The notes under the pieces were generated by a model. The model was given only the letters and a program-made list of their open reading frames with translations. It ran no database searches and was not told where the DNA came from. From contig NC_068994.1 in the NCBI RefSeq assembly GCF_001194135.2, positions 48,327,852 through 48,391,851 of the forward strand: DNA of 64,000 nucleotides, in the 5' to 3' direction. Source of the stretch: Octopus bimaculoides. Lineage: Eukaryota. The translations under genes and the position numbers were made by a program. Each line of letters opens with the position of its first letter. Position 1 is the first letter of the stretch. Positions 38,433 through 51,724 of the stretch are shown here, piece after piece.

Positions 38433-40079
38433 GCTGTCCTTAGCTAAGGTACTGCATAAATTTAACTGCATATTTTTTACTGCATCCTCTTGTTTTGTTT
38501 TCTTAAATTCAATTTGTGTGTGTGTGTGTGTGTGTGTGTTTTTTTTTTTTTGTGTGTTATTCCTTTTTTCTATTCCCTGTTTTTATGGATTGACGAGAAG
38601 CAGTGTTGGTGGTGGTGGTCTTGTAAATCCATGTCAGAAAAATAAAATGGCTGATTGCATAAATTTGTCAATATTCAGTTTTCGTTTTTAGCTATGCTCC
38701 CCACCATCTCGTCATCTTTATTGCGGAGTGAACTGCCCTAAAAGTTTTGACTTTGCGGTTCTTTTATTTTAGAAGATGGTGTCATGTTAGAATAAATTTG
38801 GTTGCTTCATTGCAAAGGGCAAGAGCCAATATAGAAGCTAACTGCCTTTTGGCTCTTTTTTTTCTCCTCATTTTAAATATGGTAGGTCGATATATTGAGA
38901 AGGATTTGATTTCGGCTTTGAGCTGGTTAATGTTACTAGATAGAAGCTGCTTTGAAAGCTAGTATAGTGCCTGCTTTAAAGAAACTTTGAAAGTTTGTGG
39001 AGATGTGACTGTTATAATTGAATAGGCTTAGCAACTGCAGAGAAGGGGCCTTGCTGTTTCATGGTGGTGTTGTGATGAAGGTAATAATAATTGAGGCAGT
39101 AATGTTAATGTTGCTGATGATTGTGATAATGAGGTGGTGTTGGCCATAGCAGTGATGTGTTTTATTATGAAAGACAGGGCACTGGAAGAAATAGTAGAGC
39201 ATCAGACTAAATGACTTATAATATTTAGTCTAATTTCTCCACATCAATGATAATAAATTTTTTTCAGATTCTAATTCTTTGGCTCTGCACAACATTCCCA
39301 ATGTCCTTCATCTTGTAACATTATTCTGAAGATTGGCTCCAAGCAACACGTGTAATTTCAAAAAGGGTAGCAGTAAGCCCATTGCTCCTGCTTTCCTAGA
39401 AAACTCATAATCTTCCCTGAAGCAATCCTATAAACTTTAGTCATAGTGGCAAGAACTGCTTATAATGTTTACTGAAACTTAAGCCTGTATTTGTAGTCTT
39501 AAGTGAAAATAGATTAGCCTATGCCTTTTATCTGTGGCTGAAGGGTGGCTGAGGCATTAAAAGAAGCACCCATAATATAATGAGGTTTGTTTAATCATGC
39601 TTACCACTGAATTCTTTTTCAGTAGAGGTATTGAAGTAAAGCCCAGTAGGATACTGATGTTGGTTCAGACACCTAAATGAAAATATACCCTGTGCCTGAT
39701 GAAAAGAAATCTCTGCACAACTGGACTCCCACATCACCCGTAGCATCTATCAGTAAACAATAGCATCACCTCCCATAGTTAGTTGTTGCTTGGTTTCTTT
39801 GTTTGTTTGGTGATGGTTTTTCTTTTCAATGTTACTGTAGTTAGAATTTTAGGAAGTGACAATAAGTTTTTTTATTTTTTTTTTTTTTATTCTTTTGTAT
39901 ATGTTCTCTGTTCTTTAATGTTTCATCTCCTTCTGTTCCTCTTCTACTATCGTCTCCCCATCTCTTCAGCTATTCACATTCCTTGGGTTATATTTTGTAA
40001 TGTGTGGTCATTGCTCTACTGGCCATTGCCTCTCATTCTTTAGCTTATGTTTTATAGTTCATGGCCCTTGCTGCTCTGA

Positions 40080-40169
<90 letters not shown>

Positions 40170-41312
40170 TATTCTTCAGATAACTTTCTTTGCAGCTGAG
40201 TAATTTGCTTCTTTTGGGGAGTAATTCTTGTTTCTGTATCATGTTTTATTATTGACTGTATCCTGTTCTTTAAGGGGTTCTTTTGTAATAGTGGCCTGAG
40301 TTGTACTGACCACATCTTATTCCTTGAGTCATCTTTGTGATGTAGTCTTTACTTCACTGACCATTATGATCACTATGATGTGGTCCTTGCTACATTGGTG
40401 ACACATTCTTCCTTTTGTGGGTTTATTCTTAATTGGCTTTATTTGTGAATACTATGACTCGGTAGAAATACTGGTATGTTCAACTAAATACATCACAATA
40501 TTTGGTTACATCCCCTCTTTCATTCTGAGTTCAAATCCCTACAATGACTGGTTTTGTTTTCATCTCTTTGTCTTTCATCTCCTAAATAAAATAAGTACTA
40601 ATCATATATAGGGGATCAACTCATCTGTATACATTTTCTTTCTTTCTTTCTTCAATGTGATCCTTATTGCACTAATTAGTTCAGCAAATTTCTGAAATGA
40701 ATATCTTGTGAAGTTCATATAGTTTTATATATATANNNNNNNNNNNNNNNNNNNNNNNNNNNNNNNNNNNNNNNNNNNNNNNNNNNNNNNNNNNNNNNNN
40801 NNNNNNNNNNNNNNNNNNNNNNNNNNNNNNNNNNNNNNNNNNNNNNNNNNNNNNNNNNNNNNNNNNNNNNNNNNNNNNNNNNNNNNNNNNNNNNNNNNNN
40901 NNNNNNNNNNNNNNNNNNNNNNNNNNNNNNNNNNNNNNNNNNNNNNNNNNNNNNNNNNNNNNNNNNNNNNNNNNNNNNNNNNNNNNNNNNNNNNNNNNNN
41001 NNNNNNNNNNNNNNNNNNNNNNNNNNNNNNNNNNNNNNNNNNNNNNNNNNNNNNNNNNNNNNNNNNNNNNNNNNNNNNNNNNNNNNNNNNNNNNNNNNNN
41101 NNNNNNNNNNNNNNNNNNNNNNNNNNNNNNNNNNNNNNNNNNNNNNNNNNNNNNNNNNNNNNNNNNNNNNNNNNNNNNNNNNNNNNNNNNNNNNNNNNNN
41201 NNNNNNNNNNNNNNNNNNNNNNNNNNNNNNNNNNNNNNNNNNNNNNNNNNNNNNNNNNNNNNNNNNNNNNNNNNNNNNNNNNNNNNNNNNNNNNNNNNNN
41301 NNNNNNNNNNNN

Positions 41313-41351
<39 letters not shown>

Positions 41352-41469
41352 TTATTTGCTTGTTCTTTTCCTTTCTAATCTTCATTTATGAACATTAATA
41401 AATTAAAAGTAAAGAATTGGATTAGCTTTTTGCCCCTCTTTTTTTTTCTTTTTAATTGTTATTGTGATT

Positions 41470-42052
41470 GAAAGACCGATTAAATGCTTTGCGGTATTTA
41501 GTTACCTTCCTTACATTCTGATTTTCAACTTCTCCCTTCATTCTTTTGCTGTTTATAGAAAGTGCTAATCAACTACTCTGTCCCTCAAATTTGTGGCCTT
41601 GTGCCTATGTCAGAAATCATTTTTGCTGTTGCTATAGAGTGGCAGAAATGGTTGAATGTTGGACTACATGACTTGCAGTATTTAGTTATATTTAGTTCAA
41701 ATCTTGTCATGGTTGATTTTTGTCAGACATCTTTCAAAAGTTGATAAAAAATTTGTAAAATATTGGAGTGGTGGTTTGATTTCAATGGACTTGTCCCTAC
41801 CTCAAATTTCTTGTTTCTGCCTATGCTAGAAATGATTAGAGGAAATATAAAATAATCAGGCACAAGGCCTGAAATGTTGGGGTAAGGGGCCAGTCGATTG
41901 CATTGACCTCAATATGTAATTGGTACTTAATTTATTGATCCCTAAAGGTAAAGTCAACCTTGGCGGAATTTGAATTCAGAATGTAACGACAGACAAAATA
42001 CTGCTATGCATTTCGTCTCGTGTGCTAATGATTCTGCCAACTCACTGCCTTA
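41470..42052. mobile_element. Family A copies: two on + (41470-41840) and one on - (41855-42052)
   Basis: Family core in both orientations, tail to tail. Confidence 0.7.
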
Positions 42053-44419
42053 AGGTGAAATATAAAAGAACGAATCTTCCCTGGTGTCAACAATGAGTAC
42101 CCAATCAACTGAATTACATGCTTATTGAATTAGCATATATGTGGCTGTGCATTCTACAAACACATGATGTATTCTTAATGTTATTCTCAACGAAATTAGT
42201 GTCATTCATTCATTCCTATTCTGTGTAAACATGTCTAGCCATGGGAAAATATTACTTTGGTTGGAAACAAGTGACGGTTGTTGACAGGAATGCCTTGCAT
42301 ATAGCTGTAGAAAACCTGCCTCAGCAAATTCCATCTGTCCCGTGGAACTAAATGTACCTTGTGGTTTTAATTTTGCCCATATTGTACTCGTATCCCCTCG
42401 TTTCTTTCACAATTGGAAACTGATAACCCATGACATTATCATTCACTAAATGCATAATACAAAATAAAAGTGAAATGACTAGCCCTGGGAAAAACATTAC
42501 TTCTGAAATTATTATAATACATGGAAACCCTAGAAAATCTTTTCATGAAGACTAAATCAGTAGGTTGTATTCTCCCCAAGACAATGTGGGCAAAAGACCC
42601 CCCCCCCCCCGAATAGCACCAGCCAAAATAATCACAATAAATGTTGAACAACATTGTTGATAGCCTGTGTATTGTTAAGCATCGTATTTACTATGAGAGA
42701 TTAACTTGTGTGAAGCTGGACATTGTTTCTACCCAGTGAAGTTAACCTGTTGTAAGTTGAGTATTGTTGCTAGTCAGAGAAACTGGCCTTTGGGCATTGT
42801 GGGGTACATAAAATAGCCTGTGCCGAGTTGAGCACTGTTGCTACTTGGAGAGGCTAAATTGGGGGAAAGGAACATCTATTAGGTTCACCAGTTACGGTTT
42901 TAGGAAACAGTAACTTTTCTTTCATAATAGTTGCTTTATCAAACTTTCAACTCCCATGCCATTTATTACCAGTTCATTTGATGTAGAATGATGCATAAAT
43001 CACCTGAAAGAAGTCACCTACCACCGATTTTGTGAGACAGCAGACAAGAGAGTAAAGTATGCTTCTTACTGTCTGCAGTCTCTAACTTTCCAAAGAAATT
43101 CAAACTGAACAGCGACCATATCTATATCGCCATTCTCCGAGAGTCTGCCATGGAACTGTCCTGTCTTCTCTAATTAATTAAAGTAAAATATTGCTGCAAA
43201 ATTGGTAGTGGAAAGAATGGCTGTCGACTATTTCTTCAACTCTAAGGACAAGATTTGTGTGCTGGATTAAGCATATATGAGGACATGAAAGCCATTTGCT
43301 GGGATGATATGTGAGTTGGAAACGACATCATGACTAGATTCTTGTGACAAACCAGGATAAATAAGTGGCAACTGTTCTCAAACAGATTTGTAAAATCTAT
43401 CGGAGACACTTCATCCAAATATTTAGGGAAGAGGAATGGATCGGAGATGGTAGAATTTAAGCTGTACCTTTATTAGTTTTGAATTTAGAAAGATGTTTTT
43501 GGTAAATGTTAGGCCTTAATATCATTTGTCAGGAGACCACTGCATTACTGATTATATTACAGAGCATCTGCCATTCCATCATAAAGAACACATAATTTAG
43601 TGTGAGAAAAATAAATGGTTATCACTCTGTAATATAACTGCTAACGCTGTTGCCTGACAAGCTATAGATACGAGATTTGAATCCTACCATTGAATTTGTT
43701 TCTTTTTCTTTTTCTTTTGATCAAATTGGTGTAATGTGTATTATTTTCTGTATTGATAGTTTTCTACAACTTTCAGCGCAAGTGAAGTAGTATGAAATGG
43801 TCTACAACACAATCGGAGATGTAGGAAGTATTGAACTGCTGTATAGGGAGAATATCTCCAAGACATTAAGATTGGTGTTCAGAACTGTATTTGAACATAC
43901 ATAATTTGTTTACTGTTGTTTCGGTACTAGATGTGTACTGCAACTGCTAGAGTGCAGTAATTCCCAATTAGGTGATCTAGGGAATAATGGTGTTTTTTAA
44001 CAAACACATGGGTAGGGGACAATATTGTGTTTAAATTTAGGTGCATAACATTTCTAAATGCAGAGTCAAAGATTTAAGCCAAGGTGTTAGCTAATTGGCT
44101 AACAAACTAAACTAATTGACTATTTTGTTTTTGTAAGTCGGATGTCACTAGCTAATTGACATATCTATGCAAGTCATCTTGCATATTGTAGAAAGCAGGT
44201 GGAGTGAGGATAGCAAATTTAGCCTCGATTGGACCCCCAGGTCCATTTAGATTAGCAGAGCATTTGCCATGCTGTTCAGAGATGATATCAATTTAAGGAT
44301 TGTAACTTGGTTTTCACTATGAAAACATAGTCTAAAGATATCATGGCTGATAATGTATATGCATACTGTGAGGCTGCTGGGGAAATCGAAGTCGTGATGG
44401 TACCTGTACCAGTAGATCA

Positions 44420-44820
44420 CTAAGAGCACCGTCCGAGCGTGATCGTTGCCAGAGCACCAGCTGTCTGGCTTCTGTGCCGGTGGCACGTAAATAGCACCAT
44501 TTGAGCGTGACCGTTACCAATGTCGCCTTCCTGGCACGTGAAAAGACATTCGAGCGAGTTCGTTGCTGGTACCGCTGGACTGGCTCCTGTGCAGGTGGCA
44601 CGTAAAATACACCATTTCGTGCGTGGCCGTTGCCAGTACCTTCTGACTGGCCTTCGTGCCGGTGGCACGTAAAAGCACCCACTACACTCTCGGAGTGGTT
44701 GGCATTAGGAAGGGCATCCAGCTGTAGAAACTCTGCCAAATCAGATTGGAGCCTGGTGTAGCCACCTGGTTCACCAGTCCTCAGTCAAATCGTCCAACCC
44801 ATGCTAGCATGGAAGGCGGA
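44420..44820 (+). mobile_element. Dispersed repeat family C, with about 4 internal diverged subrepeats (..gtggcacgtaaa.gcacc..)
   Basis: Core agtggttggcattaggaagggcatccagctgtagaaac...aacccatgc.agcatggaa is shared with partial copies at about 3820-3965 (-), 5265-5340, 10265-10290, 29860-30060, 31440-31610 and 42230-42345. Confidence 0.75.
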
Positions 44821-44823
44821 CAC

Positions 44824-45190
44824 CTGTGGCTGTGTGGTAAGAAGCTCTCTTACTGATCACATGGTTTGAGGTTCAGTCCCACTGTGTGGTACCTTGGGCA
44901 AGTGTCTTCTGCTATAGCCTCTGGCTGACCAAAACTTTGTGAGTGGATTTGGTAGGCAGAAACTAAAAGAAGCCTCTTGTGTGTGTCTTTGTGTCTGTGT
45001 TTGTCTCCATCACTGCTTGACAATCGGTGTTGGTGTGTTTATGTCCCCATAACTTAGTGGCTCGGCAAAAGAAACCGATAGAATAAATACTAGGCTTAAG
45101 AAATAAGTCCTGGGGTCAAGGTGGTCACCCAGCATGGCTGCAGTCAAATGACTGAAACAAATAAAGGAATAAAAAAATAAAAGAACAATA
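44824..45190 (+). mobile_element. tRNA-derived SINE (family D) with a CORE-like accttgggcaagt motif
   Basis: Head gtggctgtgtggtaagaag...ggttcagtcccactg and tail aataaaag-rich. Other copies at 23610-24009 (rearranged), 57640-57855 (-) and a fragment at about 52690-52760. Confidence 0.8.
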
Positions 45191-45212
45191 GAAATATTAT
45201 TACAATGTTGCC

Positions 45213-45218
45213 TTTATT
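45213..45218 (-). terminator. Candidate polyadenylation signal of the FAS1 gene
   Basis: AATAAA on the - strand (tttatt on +) about 100 nt past the stop codon. Confidence 0.4.
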
Positions 45219-45313
45219 CATGTCTCTCCTCTTTATTGACTGTAGCGTTGTTCTTGGCTTTATTTTGATGGTTGCTGTAGCCATTGCAGTATCAGTAATA
45301 ATTGTGGCAGTAT

Positions 45314-45432
45314 TTAACCGATGACACTTTTTGATGGAGGGAATAAGACTGTGTCGATGGTATGAATGACACCATTGTTGGCAGAGATGTCACGGTTGAT
45401 GATTTGGGCATTTTGAACTGTGACATGAAAAT
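45314..45432 (-). CDS. FAS1 protein terminal exon (HFHVTVQNAQIINRDISANNGVIHTIDTVLFPPSKSVIG*)
   Basis: ctccag|AT acceptor; H2 motif NGVIHxIDxVL; TAA stop at 45316-45314. Confidence 0.93.
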
Positions 45433-46848
45433 CTGGAGGCAGTAATTATTCATGGTGGTGGTGGTGGCAGTGATGATCATCATTGGAATAAGAAAGAAAA
45501 AGGGGAAAAAAAAGGACTCTGAGTTAAATGAGTTGAAGTGAATGAAGTGAGTGTGGCTGAGAATAATTCTTTTCTTCATTTTTAGTGAATCAATCAGCAA
45601 CCCTGCCCATCGCCAAAAAAAAAATTTAGGATTTGGTGAAGTTGAAGAAGTGATTAAATGTGTATGTGCTGTGTATATGTATCTGTGAATTTGAGTGTGT
45701 GTGTGTGTGTGTGTGTAAGAGACGAGAAAGAAGATGTTTAAGGAGAATAGGAATAGATGTGTGGGTCTGGGTGATCTTTGGTCTAAGACATATAACTATG
45801 ATTACTAACGAAACTAAAACAATCCAGGATTTCCAGAGTGAGCAAAACGAATATGTAGATGTGATGTCATTATTACAGATTTCTTTGTTAAATTGTCTAA
45901 TTTATATTACACTCACATACACACAATGAGCAAAAAAGGAAGTCCTAAAAGGAGCAAGTTTTAACTGTATTTGTTAAATGTTTAAAAGGAAGGGAAAGGG
46001 TTTTGACATTTCGGACGCTAATCCTTCATCGCCCACCCAAAATAAAAGAATGGAAAAATATAAAGAAGGAGGAAGGTGGTAGCAAAGAAAGAAAATGTGA
46101 TTCTATGGGGAGGAGCTAGGAAGGGAGGAGGCAAGGCTGTATATAGGAAGATATCTATGTATAGAGGCGGACATAGGGGAGGTGTGCGAGTGTAAGAGTG
46201 AAGTGGATTGGGGTAGGGGGATGTGGGAGGAAGGTTCAGTAAGGCTTCTCAGATTCTCCCTTCTGTACATTAGTGATGTACTTACAATCACTTCTAATAA
46301 CACACGCTCCAGTTTATATCATTCTTTACTCCTTAATCTTTCACAAACATCTGTCTCCGTAACGAATCCAAGGAAATGGTCTCAACGTTATCACTCGACC
46401 TATTAGAAAGAACAGCCAAATCTCCATCGATTCACACCTCATTCTCTTAAAAAAAAAACGGTACATTGGATAATGTACTCCTCTTCGGTTCCCTGTACAG
46501 AAGAAAGTACAGGACGGTCAAGGATGGAATGCTTTTGACCAAGAGTCTGCTCGATCACGGAAGACTTTGGAGTTAAAGCACATCAACCGAATTCATAAAC
46601 TGTAAATCCACGTACTTTGCTTCCATTAAAAAAAAAACAAAAAAAACTATGAGAGAGCATCCTTCAATGGCAAAATGATTTCCATTGACCTCTGCAACAG
46701 TACAAATACCCAATCGCATACGTCACATCTTTTCCACACATGAACATCGCACAGTACTTGAAAAGCACTTGAAATTTTAGGCATCACAACCTCTGTGTGT
46801 GTGTGTGTGTGTGTGTGCACTGTTAAAAGTTATTGAGCAGTTACTCAC

Positions 46849-46962
46849 GTTTCAGTTTGACAGTTAGTAGGTCTGAAGCGTCATCGGACAGTGTTCTCAG
46901 CTTACCAGTGCGCATGCCTGGAGTCCACAATATTCCGCGCACAGTATGATATTTTATTATTG
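46849..46962 (-). CDS. FAS1 protein internal exon (AIIKYHTVRGILWTPGMRTGKLRTLSDDASDLLTVKLK)
   Basis: Pyrimidine tract, ctag|CA acceptor and C|gtgagt donor; 114 nt, phase 1/1; IKYH motif. Confidence 0.92.
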
Positions 46963-47484
46963 CTAGAGACGAAAGAGACAAAAGGAAAATTTGTTACTTT
47001 GAGATAAGAATTTTCTAAAATTGTCGCACCAAACAAGGCCCGTGCTAAAATTTAAAGTCAATAGCAGCTTGTAGAACATGCGAAGACTCTCAACCAGTTC
47101 AGAAACAAGCAAGAGCAAGATCTCCGGCTTCGCAATGAGGTGGGTTGCTATTTCGGAATTTTCTTCTCCTACAGAGATGTCTAAACAAAGTCTAGGGATC
47201 TCTCACTCCCATCTGTATGATGGCCGTTGACACTACTGAGTTTATCCTCCTTTGGCAGGTCTTGTTTGTCATCGTACAGGATGATCCAACGAAAACCACT
47301 CTCCTTATTAAGCAAGCTCGGTAGGGTTACCGGTTTTGTTGCTGACGGCCCGATCATGCGACAAATTGTACTGTGTTACATTTAACCAGTAGCACTAAAA
47401 GTGATCTGACATATACATACATACGCACATACATACATACATACAAACAAGCAAAAATGCATACACATATTTTTTAACGTATCT

Positions 47485-47865
47485 TGTTGGCACTCCGTCG
47501 CTTACGACGTCGAGGGTTCCAGCTGATCCAATCAACGGAACAGCCTGCTCGTGAAATTAACGTGCAAGTGGCTGAGCACTCCACAGACACGTGTACCCTT
47601 AACGTAGTTCTCTGGGATATTCAGCGTGACACAGTGTGACAAGGCTAGCTCTGTGAAATACAGGTACAACAGAAACAGGAAGAAAGAGTGAGAGAAAGTT
47701 GTGGTGGAAGAGTACAGCAAGGTTCGTCACCATCCCCTGCTGGAGCCTCGTAGGAGCTTTAGGTGTTTTCGCTCAATAAACACTCACAACGCCCGGTCTG
47801 GGAATCGAAACCGCGATCCTATGACCGCGAGTCCGCTGCCCTAACCACTGGGCCATTGCGCCTCC
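47485..47865 (-). mobile_element. Young tRNA-derived SINE (family B) with 11-bp TSD, in a FAS1-gene intron
   Basis: Same A/B boxes and body as the 36964 copy; TSD ttaacgtatct at 47474-47484 and 47866-47876. Confidence 0.9.
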
Positions 47866-48059
47866 TTAACGTATCTATATACGTTAAAAAATATATACAG
47901 GCACATATATATGTGTGTGTCTACGCTTGTAAAAGAAGGTAAATTAGTCTGCCATGAGAATTAATCATTAATGTCTTGCACAGAGCATATCTCAACTTTC
48001 ACCCTTACACACAAATCGCATATTTCAGTACCCGATAGAAAGGAGCATAGTATATTCCT

Positions 48060-48272
48060 TTCTACCATTGGCACAAGGTCTGAAATTTCTTCCGGGAAGA
48101 GCTGGTCGATTACATCAACCCCAGTGCTTAACTGGTACTTATTTTATCTGCCCCGAAAGGATGAAAAGCAAAGTCGATCTCGGTGCAATTTGAATTCAGA
48201 ACGTAAAGTGCCGGAAGAAATACCACTAAACATTTCGTCCGCTGCGCTAACGATTCAGCTAGCTCGTCGCTT
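48060..48272 (-). mobile_element. Family A copy in reverse orientation
   Basis: ggcacaaggtctgaaatt...ctggtacttatttt...gatgaaaagcaaagtcga...tttgaattcagaacgtaaag. Confidence 0.8.
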
Positions 48273-48297
48273 TAAAGAAGCGTCATATAATATACTT

Positions 48298-48333
<36 letters not shown>

Positions 48334-49181
48334 NNNNNNNNNNNNNNNNNNNNNNNNNNNNNNNNNNNNNNNNNNNNNNNNNNNNNNNNNNNNNNNNNNN
48401 NNNNNNNNNNNNNNNNNNNNNNNNNNNNNNNNNNNNNNNNNNNNNNNNNNNNNNNNNNNNNNNNNNNNNNNNNNNNNNNNNNNNNNNNNNNNNNNNNNNN
48501 NNNNNNNNNNNNNNNNNNNNNNNNNNNNNNNNNNNNNNNNNNNNNNNNNNNNNNNNNNNNNNNNNNNNNNNNNNNNNNNNNNNNNNNNNNNNNNNNNNNN
48601 NNNNNNAAAAAAAAAAAAAAAAAAAAAATAAAATAAAGGCAAAACACTTGTAAAACAGAAAAATATCTGCAAGAGTGTTTGATGTTTTTATGGTATTTAG
48701 CGAACATCAAATATCAAAGCGTCTTGAATATTTGAATATTTTAGTATTAGATGTTATTTCGCTTGTCTAATGAGATTGCTAATTCAGTCGAAATCGTCTA
48801 AAGTCTGAGCATAACTACTTGTATGTTGGATAGTTTGTAAATCTTTACGGAAAAACGTAGAAGTTTCTCTCTCTCTCTCTCCCTCTGTTGTTTTTGCGTG
48901 TGAATGTGTGTGTTTATGCATATGTATATATATATGTGTGTGTGTGTGTGTGAGTATAAAATTTATATAATGTGTATACACACACACACACATATGTAAT
49001 CTCATAACAGCCAATTTATGCTACCGAACGGTTTCATGCTGAGCCATGCCCGATAATTTTTTTTTCTTATGAAAACTTATTGGAGAACTACACGCCTCTC
49101 GCATACGTACAAACACACACACATACATAGTACCCTTAACTCAGTTGGACATATAGCAAGAATATTTAGAGCTTCACTTAC

Positions 49182-49280
49182 CGTCCTTTAAGGCTGGATC
49201 AGCTTGAATCTGGGGAATGGTACTGGAGGGTTGATTCTGAAAAGCAGCGTTATTTGGTGCGAACAGCGTCAGTAAATTAT
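49182..49280 (-). CDS. FAS1 protein internal exon, H1 of the second domain (DNLLTLFAPNNAAFQNQPSSTIPQIQADPALKD)
   Basis: gttttag|AT acceptor and G|gtaagt donor; 99 nt, phase 1/1; TLFAPxNxAF motif. Confidence 0.92.
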
Positions 49281-50032
49281 CTAAAACGAGATATATATAA
49301 ATGTATATACAGACATACATATACATGGATACATACGAAGATCTCTCTCTCTCTTTATCTTTGAACAGCTTTCTTTCAAACATGTATTTAAGAAACCACT
49401 ATTATTTTTGAGTTTTCATATTTCCTCATTAGTTCCACTCTGTTCAGTTTAGAACAATAGCGTCCCTAAATTCATTAGTTCATTAATTTCGAAGTTACCT
49501 CAGCTCCATCCTAAGCATGAAATGATTGCACAACGTCGTGTTCTCGCGCGTTTTGCTTTGGGTCGCAATGAATATATAATCAACCAGCCTGATGGGATCA
49601 ATTTTGCTTTTTCACGTTAGACATATAGAATTCCGTGAATGTAGATCTGAGAGAGAACCCTACAACCACTCCATTTTTCTTGATGTATAGATTGTCTTGC
49701 GTCAACGTAAAGAGAACTCAGTTGTGCAGGTCACTAAAAACTTTCCAAGTTTGTTAATTAGTGTCGGATGCCAAAATAGCTTGTGTGGGATTGTGCTGAT
49801 AGTTTCCGTTACTTGGACGTTTGTAAAGAAACTTTCAACGTTCGTGGCAGAAATATTCCAAAATTCATCTGTTTCATGTTGAATTTTGAGAAATTCTCTA
49901 CACGATTTTAATTTGAAGCGCTCCGATAAGTATTTCTTTATGATACTCTCTGACTCTTTTGCAATTTTGCTTGCGTTTGTACTTTTTTTTTATAGCTAGT
50001 TTACAACATTCAATCTGTAGATGGTTAATACT

Positions 50033-50088
50033 ATTAATAAATATCAAATGGATTAATAAATATCAAATGGATTAATAAATATCAAATA
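50033..50088. repeat. Tandem 19-mer x3 (attaataaatatcaaatgg)
   Basis: Directly visible. Confidence 0.9.
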
Positions 50089-50429
50089 GACCCTGCTTTA
50101 GAATTTTATCAATTTGAATTTGTTAAATACCATTTAACTTTTTACTTTTCGTAGTTTATTTTATATTCTAAGTTCATATTGAGACTGCCTCCAGAAAACC
50201 GGCATATCCAGAAATCCGGGACACTGCCGGTCCCAAGCTTGCCGGATAATTGATCCGGAACTGTATAAAGAATAAATTTCTGAGAGAAATTATTGAGGGA
50301 TGAAATCAGCATGAGAAATAACAAAATGCCTTTCTAGAATTTGTGTGACTTGGGAGGACAAGCAAGAAAACTACAAATACACATATACACACTCACACAT
50401 GTACACGCACGCACACGCATGCACATGCA

Positions 50430-50482
<53 letters not shown>

Positions 50483-51509
50483 NNNNNNNNNNNNNNNNNN
50501 NNNNNNNNNNNNNNNNNNNNNNNNNNNNNNNNNNNNNNNNNNNNNNNNNNNNNNNNNNNNNNNNNNNNNNNNNNNNNNNNNNNNNNNNNNNNNNNNNNNN
50601 NNNNNNNNNNNNNNNNNNNNNNNNNNNNNNNNNNNNNNNNNNNNNNNNNNNNNNNNNNNNNNNNNNNNNNNNNNNNNNNNNNNNNNNNNNNNNNNNNNNN
50701 NNNNNNNNNNNNNNNNNNNNNNNNNNNNNNNNNNNNNNNNNNNNNNNNNNNNNNNNNNNNNNNNNNNNNNNNNNNNNNNNNNNNNNNNNNNNNNNNNNNN
50801 NNNNNNNNNNNNNNNNNNNNNNNNNNNNNNNNNNNNNAAAATTGAGGAGCCAATGAGTCTCTACTGCGAAAAAGTACGTGTTGACAAATATATCGAAACC
50901 ATTTGCTGACGCTGTGTTCTACTGTTTTATCCACCGAAATGCATATCGAATGCTTATATGTTTTTTTTTTAAATATCTAATTTGTAATGCACTGTTTATC
51001 GCATTAAATGCATATTGAATGCTTAAAACTACAAAAGACGTGTTGTTTACTCATTTTCCGCGTGTAGAATACAAATATTGACAACACATGCTATTTTCAG
51101 GATGTTGACAAAATGTGTTGTCACGCACAAAATGAAAGCTTCCCAATCCTGTTTCGTGACTAGATGAAAATGATCAAATTCTATAACTTTTAAAATATTT
51201 TTCTGGAAAAAGTGAAATAACTCCAGCAATTCAGCTTGGAAAACTACATTAATGTACTAAATTTTAAAATTTTCGATATACTTTAAATTTTGAAACTATG
51301 ACAGCCAAACGGAAAAGATCCCGTAACTGTCTCTCATTGGATAAAGCAGTACTAGATACACTGTGTCAGATAAAATACAACATGGTCACGAATGCAATGC
51401 TTTTGATCATAGATCTACACGATTAGGGCTGTACTAGAACTAGCCAAGAACGACAACAATGACTACAAGTGGAACAACAACAACAAGTATAGTAAGAGCA
51501 GTTACTCAC

Positions 51510-51724
51510 ATGTTGAAATTTATATACATTTATTCTGATTTCATCGTCTTGCAAAGACCTCAGCGTCTTATCATTGATGAGGTCAGAATGCTTGTAAACT
51601 CCCAACGCAATATGGTATTTGATGATCTCCTCAAGGCGAGCTGTGTCGTTATTCAAGGCTTCGACTGTAGCAGCACTCAATTCAGATATAGCTCGGTTGT
51701 TCGGGGCGAAGATTGTGTACGTTC
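51510..51724 (-). CDS. FAS1 protein exon 2 (GTYTIFAPNNRAISELSAATVEALNNDTARLEEIIKYHIALGVYKHSDLINDKTLRSLQDDEIRINVYKFQH)
   Basis: ttttctgtag|GA acceptor and CAT|gtgagt donor; 215 nt. FAS1 H1 motif TIFAPxN, the YH motif and IRINVY are present. Confidence 0.93.

Noticed and set aside
42600-43650. Slightly GC-richer stretch that may be a decayed retroelement
   Set aside because: I could not recover any RT, endonuclease or transposase motif in any frame.
49705-49870. - strand open frame EFWNISATNVESFFTNVQVTETIS... as the missing FAS1 exon
   Set aside because: It starts in phase 1 rather than the required phase 0, has no FAS1 motifs and runs into a stop without a clear donor.
50839-50915. - strand frame NTASANGFDIFVNTY as the missing FAS1 exon
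   Set aside because: ASANG resembles the TANG motif, but the acceptor lacks a pyrimidine tract and no NGVIHxID motif follows.
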